In this document: piece by piece, positions 19,695 through 30,933 of the stretch | Layout: every line of letters starts with the position of its first letter | How positions within the stretch are numbered: position 1 is the stretch's first letter | Source: Polyangiales bacterium | GTDB taxonomy: Bacteria; Myxococcota_A; Polyangia; Polyangiales; Polyangiaceae | Direction of reading: 5' to 3' | DNA length: 64,000 nucleotides | Assembly (NCBI GenBank): GCA_038231275.1 | Contig: JBBRLQ010000023.1 | Span: 1-64,000, forward strand | Translations under genes and position numbers: made by a program | The notes under the pieces: generated by a model | What the model saw: only the letters and a program-made list of their open reading frames with translations | Database searches by the model: none | Told to the model about the DNA's origin: nothing

Positions 19695-21128
19695 CTACAG
19701 CTTGATCGTCTTCCAGTCGCCGCGGCGGAACTTCAGGCTCATCGTGATCGCCGCGAGCACGGAGTAGACGCACGCGGCCGTCCAGATGCCCATGAGTCCC
19801 ATCCCCGCGGTCAGCCCCAAGAAGCGCGCGACAGGGACGAGCACCCCGAAGATGAGGACCAGCTGCGCGAGGGCGACGAATCGCGTGTTGCCCGCGCCGA
19901 AGAGCGCCTCGCTCAGGATCATCGCGACCGCGATGACCGGGGTGACGATGCCCATCATGCGCATGGGGCCCATCGTCACCGCGCGCACGGCGTCCGAGTG
20001 GCTGATGAAATTCACGATGGGGCCCGTGAAGAGCACCCCCTCGCATAGACCGATCACGCCAAAGACCACGAGCCCCAGGCGCACGCTCGCCCAACCGAAC
20101 CTCGCAGCGTCCTCCGGTCGCTTGGCCCCGAGCGATTGGCTCACGAGCGTCGCCGTCGACGTCCCGAACGCGATGCACGCCGTGAAGGTCAGCTTGAGGA
20201 TGGCCACGATGTCGGTCGTCGCCGCGCTGTTCACCGCCTCCGAGCCCTCCTTCACCTGGAGCGCATCGAGCTTGCCGACGATGCTCGAGAAGAGGCCGAA
20301 GCCGAACATCATCACGCTCGTCGCGATCGCCGCGGGGACGCTCAACCTGAGCAAGTCCCACGTGAGGCGCATCGACAGGTTCGACATGCGCACCGGCTGG
20401 TACCGATGCCGCTCCCCGGCGCCGTAGAACATCATGATGAAGAGGCCGATCCACGTGGCCAGGAACGCCGAGAGCCCTGCTCCGGGCGCGCCGAGGCGCG
20501 GCATGCCGAAGGTGCCGAAGATGAACGCGAAGCAGAAGAGAACGTTGAACACGTTCATCACGACGGCGGCGACGAGGTGGACGTGCGTCTTGCCGATCCC
20601 GTCGAAGAACGCCTTGATGGCCTGGGTCATGGCCATCGACATGATCCCCATGAGGCGCCAGTTCGAGTACTCGATGGCCGTCGCGCGGACCTCGGGCACC
20701 TTGATCATGGTGCCGAGGAGGCGAGGAATGACGAACGCGCCGAGGAGCGACGCGACGATGCCGGCGATCAGGCAGAAGAACACCGCGTTCGCGAGGACGG
20801 CCCCCGCGGCTTTGTAGTCGCGCTCGGCGTACCGTCGCGCTGTCAGCGCCTGCGTGCCGACGCTGATCGCCGAGAGCGAGCCGCCGAAGAGCCACACGAT
20901 GATGAGCGACGGGAGGAGGGCGGCCTGGCCGTTGCTCGACTCGCAAATCCCGCCAGAAGGGCAGGGGAGGTGCGAGAAGAAGATGACGTCGATCTCGTTC
21001 ACCGCGCTCTGGGTGAGCATGGCGATGACCGTCGGGGTGGCGAGCCGGAGGATCGAGCGGTACGGCGTTCGTACGAGAATGCTCGTGTCGAGATCTGTAG
21101 TTTGGGCCGTTCCCAAGGCTAGGTTCAC
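19695..21128 (-). CDS. MATE family efflux transporter
   Basis: ILRLATPTVIAML, PRLGAPGAGLS, LVSQSLGAKR and FRRGDWK; about 12 TM helices. Confidence 0.92.
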   Translation of the reverse strand: MNLALGTAQTTDLDTSILVRTPYRSILRLATPTVIAMLTQSAVNEIDVIFFSHLPCPSGGICESSNGQAALLPSLIIVWLFGGSLSAISVGTQALTARRYAERDYKAAGAVLANAVFFCLIAGIVASLLGAFVIPRLLGTMIKVPEVRATAIEYSNWRLMGIMSMAMTQAIKAFFDGIGKTHVHLVAAVVMNVFNVLFCFAFIFGTFGMPRLGAPGAGLSAFLATWIGLFIMMFYGAGERHRYQPVRMSNLSMRLTWDLLRLSVPAAIATSVMMFGFGLFSSIVGKLDALQVKEGSEAVNSAATTDIVAILKLTFTACIAFGTSTATLVSQSLGAKRPEDAARFGWASVRLGLVVFGVIGLCEGVLFTGPIVNFISHSDAVRAVTMGPMRMMGIVTPVIAVAMILSEALFGAGNTRFVALAQLVLIFGVLVPVARFLGLTAGMGLMGIWTAACVYSVLAAITMSLKFRRGDWKTIKL

Positions 21129-21182
21129 CTACCCCAAAACTTGAGGCTAGGAAACCTCGCCGATCTGCGGTTTAAAACCCAC

Positions 21183-21941
21183 ATGGCCCGTCTACCCCGA
21201 AACATTCTCCTTCTCGCGATTATTGCCTTCCTCGGCACCCTGATTGCGCTCGGCTGCGGCGGGCCGAAGTACCCGAGCTGCGACAACGACGATCATTGCA
21301 ACGCGGAAGGGCTCCCCGCGAGCCACGGCCGCTTCTGCATCAACCACATCTGCCAGCAGTGCCGAAAGGCGAGCGACTGCGTCGCCGGCGAGGAGTGCAA
21401 CGCCGGCGCGTGCATGGTGGTCAAAGGCTACTGCGACGACAGCCACGCCTGCGAAGGCGGCGGCGAGTGCGGCAAGGATCACAAGTGTAGCCCGACGAAG
21501 GTGGCGTCGAAGGCGCCGGTCGAGTGCGACGACGAGCACGCGTGCAAGGGACCCGGCGAGAAATGCCAGAACGGTCACTGCGTCGCGCCGCCCAGCGGCG
21601 GACCTGGCTGCACGGATTTCCCCGCGCCCAAGTTCGACTACGAATCGCCGTCGCTCCGGCCCGAATCGAAGGAGGTGCTCCAGCGCCTCGTCAACTGCAT
21701 CTCGAACGGCACGCTCAAGGGTCGGAAGGTGCTGCTCACCGGGCACTGCGACGCGCGCGGCGAGTACGAGTTCAACATGGGCCTCGGCGCCGAGCGCGCG
21801 GAGGGTGTGAAGAACTTCCTCATCGGCCTCGGCCTCTCGGCGAGCGCGCTCAGCACGTCGTCGCGCGGCAAGCTCGACGCGAACGGCGCGGACGAGGGCG
21901 GCTGGGCCAACGATCGCCGCGTCGACATCGAGGTCCGCTGA
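21183..21941 (+). CDS. pal: Pal/OmpA-family peptidoglycan-associated lipoprotein with Cys-rich N-terminus
   Basis: Lipobox ALGC; FDYES, GHCDARGEYEFNMGLGAERA, SRG, NDRRVD; a cpoB-like gene follows. Confidence 0.85.
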   Translation: MARLPRNILLLAIIAFLGTLIALGCGGPKYPSCDNDDHCNAEGLPASHGRFCINHICQQCRKASDCVAGEECNAGACMVVKGYCDDSHACEGGGECGKDHKCSPTKVASKAPVECDDEHACKGPGEKCQNGHCVAPPSGGPGCTDFPAPKFDYESPSLRPESKEVLQRLVNCISNGTLKGRKVLLTGHCDARGEYEFNMGLGAERAEGVKNFLIGLGLSASALSTSSRGKLDANGADEGGWANDRRVDIEVR

Positions 21942-22762
21942 TGCGAACGGGCGCGTCGTCGGTTGCGGTCGTCGCGCTCGCGGCGGCCCTGGTGCTCGGG
22001 AGCGGGTGCGGGCTATTCGCGACGCAGAAGGACTACGACACCCTCGCGCAGAAGCACTCGCAGGTCGAGAAGAGCCTCGAGGAGGAGCGCGCGCAGACCG
22101 TGCAGCTTCGCGCCGATCTCGACGCGACGCGCACGCGCCTCGACAACGCGCTCCGCGCGAACGCCGACAACGGGTCGGATTTGATGACGTCGAAGGCGCG
22201 CATCAACGACATGGCGGGTCGCGTCGACGAGCTCACCCACAGCCTCGACGCGGTCGGCAAAGACGTCGCCGCGTCGCGCCGCGAGCTCGACGCGCGCCTC
22301 GACGAGCTGAAGCGCGCGCAGCCCGTCGCGCCTCCCCCGCCGCCGGTCGTCATTCCGACCGACAAAAAGGCCCATTTTCAGGCGCTCGAAGCGGCGACGG
22401 CGAAGAAGGATTGGGGTCTGGTCCGCACGCTCGGCCACGAGTACGCCGATCGCTACCCGATGGACGACCAGACCGACTCGGCGCTCTACCTCATCGGCGA
22501 CGGGGACTTGCAGGAGGGCCGGCCCTCGAGCGCGCTCGGCGAGTACAACCGAATCTTGAAGCAGTTTCCGCGGTCGAACATCCTCGACAAGACGCTCTAC
22601 GGGATGGGCGAGGCGTACCTCGTCCTCCACGACTGCGTGAACGCGAAGCTGGCGTTTTCGGCGTGCGAGTCGCGCTTCGGCAAGGCCAAGATCGGCCAGG
22701 ACGCAAAGAAGCGCGTTCAGCAGATCGAGAAGCCGCCGCCCGGCATGTGCGCCCCGCCCTGA
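21941..22762 (+). CDS. cpoB: CpoB/YbgF-like coiled-coil plus TPR lipoprotein
   Basis: Lipobox GSGC, coiled coil, TPR (ALYLIG..QFPRS..TLYGMG); ATG overlaps the pal stop. Confidence 0.75.
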   Translation: MRTGASSVAVVALAAALVLGSGCGLFATQKDYDTLAQKHSQVEKSLEEERAQTVQLRADLDATRTRLDNALRANADNGSDLMTSKARINDMAGRVDELTHSLDAVGKDVAASRRELDARLDELKRAQPVAPPPPPVVIPTDKKAHFQALEAATAKKDWGLVRTLGHEYADRYPMDDQTDSALYLIGDGDLQEGRPSSALGEYNRILKQFPRSNILDKTLYGMGEAYLVLHDCVNAKLAFSACESRFGKAKIGQDAKKRVQQIEKPPPGMCAPP

Positions 22763-22776
22763 CGTATCCTCTGCTC

Positions 22777-24222
22777 ATGCCGGCGATGGGCAACGCGGGA
22801 GGTGTCTTCGGAGTGTGCGAGGCGTGTCAGGCGCCGCGCTCCGAGCAGGACATGATCTGCGCGCGGTGCGGCTACCACTTCAAGACGAAGCCGGTGCCCG
22901 CGTTTCCTTCGGACGGGGCGCCGACGCGGCGAACGGATCCGCCTCTCATCGTCGAGTCGCCACGCACCGTGCTCATGCCGGCGTCCGCGCCGCTGCCGCC
23001 GCCGACTCAACCGGTCGCGGTCCCGCCGACGATGCAGAGCGCGGGGGCTTCGCCGGAGTCGGCGCCGCGCACGCTCCATAGCCCGAGCTCTCCGCCTGGC
23101 CACGATCGCCCTGTGGTGCCGGTGGGGAACTGGACGCCGCCTCCGCCGCCGCCCCGGAGCGCCCCGTCACGTCGTTCGTCGGCCGCGCCGTGGGTCCTGG
23201 GGATCGTCGGCGTCATTGTCCTTGCGTCGGCGGCGGTGCTCTTCGTGGCGCTTCGGCACGGGGTGCCGTCCTCGCCGCTCGTCGCGCGGACGGTGTACTT
23301 CGAATCGGGCGGGGAGGTCTCGTTCGGGCACCTCGACACGTCGCCCGCGGAGGACTTCGTCGGGCGCTATTACGAGCTCGAGGGGACGGCGATGGCGTTC
23401 TACGTCGGCGCGTTCTCGGGCGACGATTTCCACGAGATTTGGCGCACCGGTCCCGTCGATCTGCGCGCGGCGGGCGGCCCGTTGCCGTTCGCGGTCGTCG
23501 GATCGCGGGTGCTCGTCGCCGACGTTCGCCCGCTCCTCCACGTCCACGACGGCGCCACCGGGCACGAGACCCACCAGGTCGAGCTGGCCGATCGCGCGAC
23601 GCGCATCGTCGTTCACGGCGACAAAGAGGCGTTCATCGAGGTCGCGGGGGGAAAGCACGTGCTCTACGACGCGGCGCTCGGGCGCGCGAAGATCACGCCG
23701 CCGCCTGCGTGGGTACCGCCGCTGCCGTCCGCTCACCACTGCGGCCTCGCGCAGGGCTCACGGAGCACGTGCCTCGAGGACGCGCGCACCAGCCGCATCG
23801 CCGCGTTTTCGAGCAAGCGCGCGATCGGCGCCGGCGATCTCGGTGTGGCCCTCGGCCGCACGACGGCGTCCCCTTCGCTCCGCGTCGTCGGGTTCTCGCT
23901 GTCGAGCGGCGCGGAGCTCTGGCGCACGCCCGTGTGCTTGGACCCGCACTACACGCCGAGCGACGAGGAGACGCTCGAGCTCGACGGCGACGCCGCGTTC
24001 GCCACGTGGGGTGACGCCGCGACCCCGCACGTCGTCGCGTTCTCCACGAAGGATGGAGCTCGACGTTGGGAGTCGGAGCCGCTGCCCACGCTCCAGGTCC
24101 CGTTCGCGCCGCGCGTCCTCGTGGTGTCGCCCACGCGCGTCTACGTTCCTCGCGCGACGAGCCTCAGCGTCCTCGATCGCGCGACAGGCAAAATCCTCGG
24201 CGGTGTCGGCGCGACGAAGTGA
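22777..24222 (+). CDS. Zinc-ribbon, Pro-rich, TM, PQQ-like beta-propeller protein
   Basis: CEAC-x10-CARC, Pro-rich linker, one TM helix, G-x-x-L-W blade motifs. Confidence 0.7.
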   Translation: MPAMGNAGGVFGVCEACQAPRSEQDMICARCGYHFKTKPVPAFPSDGAPTRRTDPPLIVESPRTVLMPASAPLPPPTQPVAVPPTMQSAGASPESAPRTLHSPSSPPGHDRPVVPVGNWTPPPPPPRSAPSRRSSAAPWVLGIVGVIVLASAAVLFVALRHGVPSSPLVARTVYFESGGEVSFGHLDTSPAEDFVGRYYELEGTAMAFYVGAFSGDDFHEIWRTGPVDLRAAGGPLPFAVVGSRVLVADVRPLLHVHDGATGHETHQVELADRATRIVVHGDKEAFIEVAGGKHVLYDAALGRAKITPPPAWVPPLPSAHHCGLAQGSRSTCLEDARTSRIAAFSSKRAIGAGDLGVALGRTTASPSLRVVGFSLSSGAELWRTPVCLDPHYTPSDEETLELDGDAAFATWGDAATPHVVAFSTKDGARRWESEPLPTLQVPFAPRVLVVSPTRVYVPRATSLSVLDRATGKILGGVGATK

Positions 24223-24229
24223 CGCCGCG

Positions 24230-24736
24230 TCAGGGAGCCTTTTGGGTGAGCGCGCCGAGAAAGTCGCGCTTGCCAAGGCTGACGCCCGCGTGACGTAGGA
24301 GCGCGTACGTGTGCGTCGTGTGGAAGAAGAAGTTCGGCACGGCGTGCTCGAGGAAGTAGTCGGCGCCGGTCATCGTCTTGCCTTCCCAGCGCGGCTGCGT
24401 GACGACGCGCGTGGCCGCGCCCTCGAAGTCCTTCGCGGTCAACGTGTCGAGGTGCGCGATGATGCTCTTCACACGCGCGCGAAGCTCGTCGAGCGTCTGC
24501 TCGGTGTCGGGGTGCGAGGGGGCCTCCTTGCCGGTGAGGCGCGCGGCGGCGACCTTGGCGGTGTCGCTCGCGACCTGCACCTGACGGGCGAGCGCGAACT
24601 GATCCGGTGCGAGGCGCAGCGTGAGAAATACGTTGGGGTCGAAGCCCTTGGTCTGCGCGTGCGCGGCGGCGGCGCCGAGCCATCCCTCGAGCTGGCCGAG
24701 GGTCTTCTTCATCTGGCGGAAAAATTCGTAGTACAT
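24230..24736 (-). CDS. DUF1993 (DinB-like) protein
   Basis: RLAPDQFALARQVQ and PNFFFHTTHTYALLRHAGVSLGKRDF motifs. Confidence 0.9.
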   Translation of the reverse strand: MYYEFFRQMKKTLGQLEGWLGAAAAHAQTKGFDPNVFLTLRLAPDQFALARQVQVASDTAKVAAARLTGKEAPSHPDTEQTLDELRARVKSIIAHLDTLTAKDFEGAATRVVTQPRWEGKTMTGADYFLEHAVPNFFFHTTHTYALLRHAGVSLGKRDFLGALTQKAP

Positions 24737-25557
24737 GCCGCGGAGGGTACACAGATTCGCGGGCCCGTCGACGCTCGCGGCCCCAGAAATGTGACGAGGA
24801 GCGCCGCCATCACGAGGCCCATCACGTCGGGGCGCGCGCCGAGCTCGAATGAAACGTGCAAAATGCACGCAAATAGGGCCCCAAATCTGCGCGTTTTCGT
24901 GAAGAGAAGCAGCGCGGGCAGCGCCGCTTCGGCCAGGAAGATGCACCACGCAGAGGCCGTCGCGAGCGCGGGCTGCGTGAGGAGGAGCGACGTCGCAGGG
25001 GCGGTGAGGAGCCCGTCGCCGGCGAGCGCGCGGAGCGTGTCGCCCGAGAGCCACTCCGGCTGCGCCTTCGCGAGCGCCGACCACGCGTAGACCGACGCGA
25101 CGAAAAGATGCACGAGGCGCGCGCTCGACGCGGCGCCGACACGTTGGTCGGGGACGAGGGCGAGATCGCTCGTGGCGTCGGTCAGCGCGAGGACGATCGT
25201 GCCGAGAAAGAGCGTGTGCAGCGTGAAGACGAAGCCGAACGGATCTTGCGACAGCGCGACGAAGCCGCACGCACCGGCCACGAGCCCGGCGACGCGCGCG
25301 CGGACGCCGAGGAGGAAGAGGACCGCGGCGACGGTTCGAACGACGCACGCGGCGATGCGGACGCCGTCGGGCAACGTGAGGCCGTCCCACGCGAAGGGCC
25401 AGCCGGGCTCGGGCCATCCGTAGAGAGGCCCGTTCACGGCGGCGAGGGGAAACGCGCGCGCGAAGGGGGCGACGTTGACGAGCGGCGTCGTCCGCAGCAG
25501 GAACACCACGCCGAGCGCGACGCGCGCGATGGGCAGGGGGCGCTTCAGCGTGAGCAC
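24709..25557 (-). CDS. HTTM-domain membrane protein (vitamin K-dependent carboxylase/SdpB-like)
   Basis: GGAG plus GTG start; LFLLGVRAR, VYAWSALAKAQPEWLSG, EAALPALL..TRR..LH motifs. Confidence 0.8.
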   Translation of the reverse strand: MLTLKRPLPIARVALGVVFLLRTTPLVNVAPFARAFPLAAVNGPLYGWPEPGWPFAWDGLTLPDGVRIAACVVRTVAAVLFLLGVRARVAGLVAGACGFVALSQDPFGFVFTLHTLFLGTIVLALTDATSDLALVPDQRVGAASSARLVHLFVASVYAWSALAKAQPEWLSGDTLRALAGDGLLTAPATSLLLTQPALATASAWCIFLAEAALPALLLFTKTRRFGALFACILHVSFELGARPDVMGLVMAALLVTFLGPRASTGPRICVPSAACTTNFSAR

Positions 25558-25940
25558 GTGATCTCCGCGCGCGTCGTGCGAGGCTCGCCGCGCCCAGGAC
25601 GCTCTTCGAGGACGACGGTGACGGCGGCCGAGCGTCCTTCGTCGGCGGCGCACGCGAGGCGGGCGACCTCGGGCAGGCGAACGCGCAGCGCGCGAACGTC
25701 GTACGTGCGGCGGAGGTTGTCGGCGCCGGCGAAGAACGGCTGCGCGGATCGTCCGACGCGGGAGGCGAGGAGCGTCGGTGCGATCGCGTGACGCCGGCCC
25801 GCGCCGTCGCTCCCGTCGATCACGACGCGGTACGAGACGCTCGAGGCGTACATCGTGAACGCGAGGCCGGCGTCGCCGAGCGCCCCGACGAGCGGCAGCG
25901 AGACGACGAACGCGGCGGCGAGGTGATGAACGCGCGTCAC
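25545..25940 (-). CDS. Small exported partner of the HTTM protein
   Basis: N-terminal hydrophobic segment, FTMYAS motif, Cys pair; overlaps the HTTM start by 13 nt. Confidence 0.65.
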   Translation of the reverse strand: MTRVHHLAAAFVVSLPLVGALGDAGLAFTMYASSVSYRVVIDGSDGAGRRHAIAPTLLASRVGRSAQPFFAGADNLRRTYDVRALRVRLPEVARLACAADEGRSAAVTVVLEERPGRGEPRTTRAEITCSR

Positions 25941-26032
25941 GCGATCATCCTAGGCCTGAAATTCCCCATGATTGGGCACCTTCGCGGAATCGGCCGACGG
26001 ATGCCGGCGACCCCGGCCATAGTCGATACGTC

Positions 26033-26530
26033 GTGACCCATTTCCGCCGCTACGCGCCCAGGCAACGCGCCTCGATTTCCGTGATCATGGTCTGCGCCGT
26101 CGGCGTCGCGTCGACCGTCGCGGTCTCCGTGATCCTCGTCGCGTGCGGCCGCGTCGACGACGGGACCTCTTCTTCCGCGGACAGCGGCAGCGACGGCACG
26201 TTCACGAAGCCCATCGGCACACCGGACGCCACCGGCTGGACGGAACCGCCGTGGGACGCGCTCGCCGTCGACGTCGCGGTCGGCCCTGACACCGGCGCGC
26301 CCCCCGACGGCGGCCCGCCACCCGTGATCGCGTGCGGCGCGGACGCCGCGATCCCATGCCCGCTCCCGCCGTCGGTGTGCGTCGACGATCACTGGCTCCG
26401 CTACTACTACGGCGGCACGTGCGGCGACGCCGGCGTGTGCGTCTACCAGGTCGGCGAGTACGCGTGCCCACCGTCGCCGGTCCAGCCCGACTGTCTCGAC
26501 GGCGGGTGCCGCATCGTCATCGTCCGCTGA
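26033..26530 (+). CDS. Cys-rich lipoprotein with Asp-rich linker
   Basis: Lipobox LVAC; eight-Cys C-terminal domain. Start may be ATG 26087. Confidence 0.7.
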   Translation: MTHFRRYAPRQRASISVIMVCAVGVASTVAVSVILVACGRVDDGTSSSADSGSDGTFTKPIGTPDATGWTEPPWDALAVDVAVGPDTGAPPDGGPPPVIACGADAAIPCPLPPSVCVDDHWLRYYYGGTCGDAGVCVYQVGEYACPPSPVQPDCLDGGCRIVIVR

Positions 26531-26534
26531 GTCA

Positions 26535-26595
26535 GTGGAGCGAAGCGCAGCGGAGCGAAACGCTCCTGAGTGGAGCGAAGCGAAGCGAAGCGCAG
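26535..26595 (+). repeat. REP-like element copy 4 (26535-26566) plus tandem partial copy 5 (26570-26595)
   Basis: Same 32-mer, then TGA, then GTGGAGCGAAGCGAAGCGAAGCGCAG. Confidence 0.88.
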
Positions 26596-26636
26596 GGCGA
26601 TGGGACCGAAATCGCCGACGCGTGCTGCGCCGACGC

Positions 26637-29267
<2,631 letters not shown>

Positions 29268-29342
29268 GAGGGCGAAGGTGCCGTACGTTCGCAATTTCGG
29301 ACAAGTTTTCGAGCGTTCTCATTTACCGTCGAAGTTCGACCG

Positions 29343-30371
29343 ATGCGCCCGCTCCCGCGCCTGCCCTTCGTGACCGCCGTGGTCGTGGTCATGACCGCGG
29401 TCGCGATGGCCCCCCGGATCGCGGGCGCCGAGGAGCGTGAGCAAGCGCACCTCACCTATTCGCATGCCGCCGACGTCGACAAATGCCCGACCGAACGCGA
29501 GCTCCGCGACGCCGTCGGAGCGCGCCTCGGCTACGACCCTTTCGTCGATTCCGCGCCGCGCGAGGTCGACGTCACCGTCATCCGCCGCGGGACCGGCATC
29601 ATCGGCACACTCACCCTCAAGGGCCCCCGGTCCGGCCAACGCGAGCTCCTCTCTCCCCGCGGCGACTGCCGCGAGCTCATCGACGCCCTCGCCGTCGCGA
29701 TCGCGATCGGCATCGATCCCTCGAGCCTGTCCCGTCCCCCCGGCACGCCCCCTCCTCCTCCCGCGCCGGTCCCCGCCCCCGCGCCGGTCCCCGCTCCCGC
29801 TCCCGCTCCCGCGCCCGTCCCCGCGCCCGCGCCCGAATCCCCGCCTCCGGCCCCACCTCCCCGCGCGTCTCCTCTCTCCTTCGGCCCCACCGCCGGCCTC
29901 CTCGCCCTCTTCGGCGAAACCCCCGCGACCACCGCGGCCGTCGCGATCGGCGCGGGTCTCCGCGTCCGCGCTTTCGAAGCGCGCCTCGAAGGGCTCGCCT
30001 CGCTCCCCTCGACCGCCAACGTCGTCGGCGGCGCGATCGGCGGCGGCAAAATCTCGGCCTCCCTCTACGCGGCAAGCGTGCTCCCGTGTGTTCACGTCTC
30101 GGTGGCCTTCGGGTGCGGCATGTTCTCTGTCGGGGCGCTCCGCGGGGAAGGCTCCGGCGTCGCCGAGCCCCTCCGTGCATCGGCCACCTACACCGCGGCG
30201 GGCGCCCGCGTCGGCGCAGACATCCCGCTCCCGGGCCCGTTCTTCGTGCGCGCCCACCTCGACGGCCTCGCCCCCTTGTCCCGCATCACCCTCCAGCTCG
30301 GCGGGCAAGACGTCTGGACGGTCCCGTCCTTCGCGGCCCGCGTTGGCATCGCGGGCGGGGCGTGGTTCTGA
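29343..30371 (+). CDS. Exported protein with probable C-terminal outer-membrane beta-barrel
   Basis: Signal peptide, Cys-pair N-domain, Pro/Ala linker, amphipathic strands, terminal aromatic residues (GAWF). Confidence 0.65.
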   Translation: MRPLPRLPFVTAVVVVMTAVAMAPRIAGAEEREQAHLTYSHAADVDKCPTERELRDAVGARLGYDPFVDSAPREVDVTVIRRGTGIIGTLTLKGPRSGQRELLSPRGDCRELIDALAVAIAIGIDPSSLSRPPGTPPPPPAPVPAPAPVPAPAPAPAPVPAPAPESPPPAPPPRASPLSFGPTAGLLALFGETPATTAAVAIGAGLRVRAFEARLEGLASLPSTANVVGGAIGGGKISASLYAASVLPCVHVSVAFGCGMFSVGALRGEGSGVAEPLRASATYTAAGARVGADIPLPGPFFVRAHLDGLAPLSRITLQLGGQDVWTVPSFAARVGIAGGAWF

Positions 30372-30372
30372 C

Positions 30373-30933
30373 GTGACGGATTCGCCGGGAGCCCCCAAAC
30401 CCCAGGGAGGAGCGCTCGGATCCGTCCCCGACGATTTCCAAGGCGTCTACGCGCGCGAGTTCACCTACGTCCTGCACACCCTCCGCCGCCTCGGCGTCGC
30501 CCCGTCGGAGCTCGAGGACGTCACGCACGATTGCTTCGTCGCGATTTACCGGCACTGGGCCGACTACGACACCGCGCGTCCTCTGCGCCCTTGGCTCTTC
30601 GGCTTCGCGTTCCGGATCGCCGCCGATCACCGCAAGCTCGCGCGTCATCGGCACGAGACCGGCGAGGCCGGGATCGAGCACGCCGACAACAAACCGCGGC
30701 CCGATCAGCTCGTCGAGGAGGAGCAGCTCCGTCGGGATCTCCTCGCGGCGCTCGACGCCATGGACTTCGACAAGAGGAGCCTCATCGTCATGCACGACGT
30801 GGAAGGGATGCCGGTGCCCGAGATCGCGCGCCTGCTCGACGTACCTTTGAACACCGCGTACTCGCGGCTTCGGCTTGCGCGCGCGGAGCTCGAGAGGCAC
30901 CTTTCGAAGATCGTGGGAGCTCCGCGTGGCTGA
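30373..30933 (+). CDS. ECF sigma factor
   Basis: ELEDVTHDCF, LRPWLFGFA, EIARLLDVPLNTAYSRLRLAR. Confidence 0.92.
   Translation: MTDSPGAPKPQGGALGSVPDDFQGVYAREFTYVLHTLRRLGVAPSELEDVTHDCFVAIYRHWADYDTARPLRPWLFGFAFRIAADHRKLARHRHETGEAGIEHADNKPRPDQLVEEEQLRRDLLAALDAMDFDKRSLIVMHDVEGMPVPEIARLLDVPLNTAYSRLRLARAELERHLSKIVGAPRG

Noticed and set aside
9556..26595. The 32-bp repeats as a CRISPR array or integron attC sites
   Set aside because: Copies are dispersed with no regular spacers. There are no cas or intI genes and no RYYYAAC/GTTRRRY ends.
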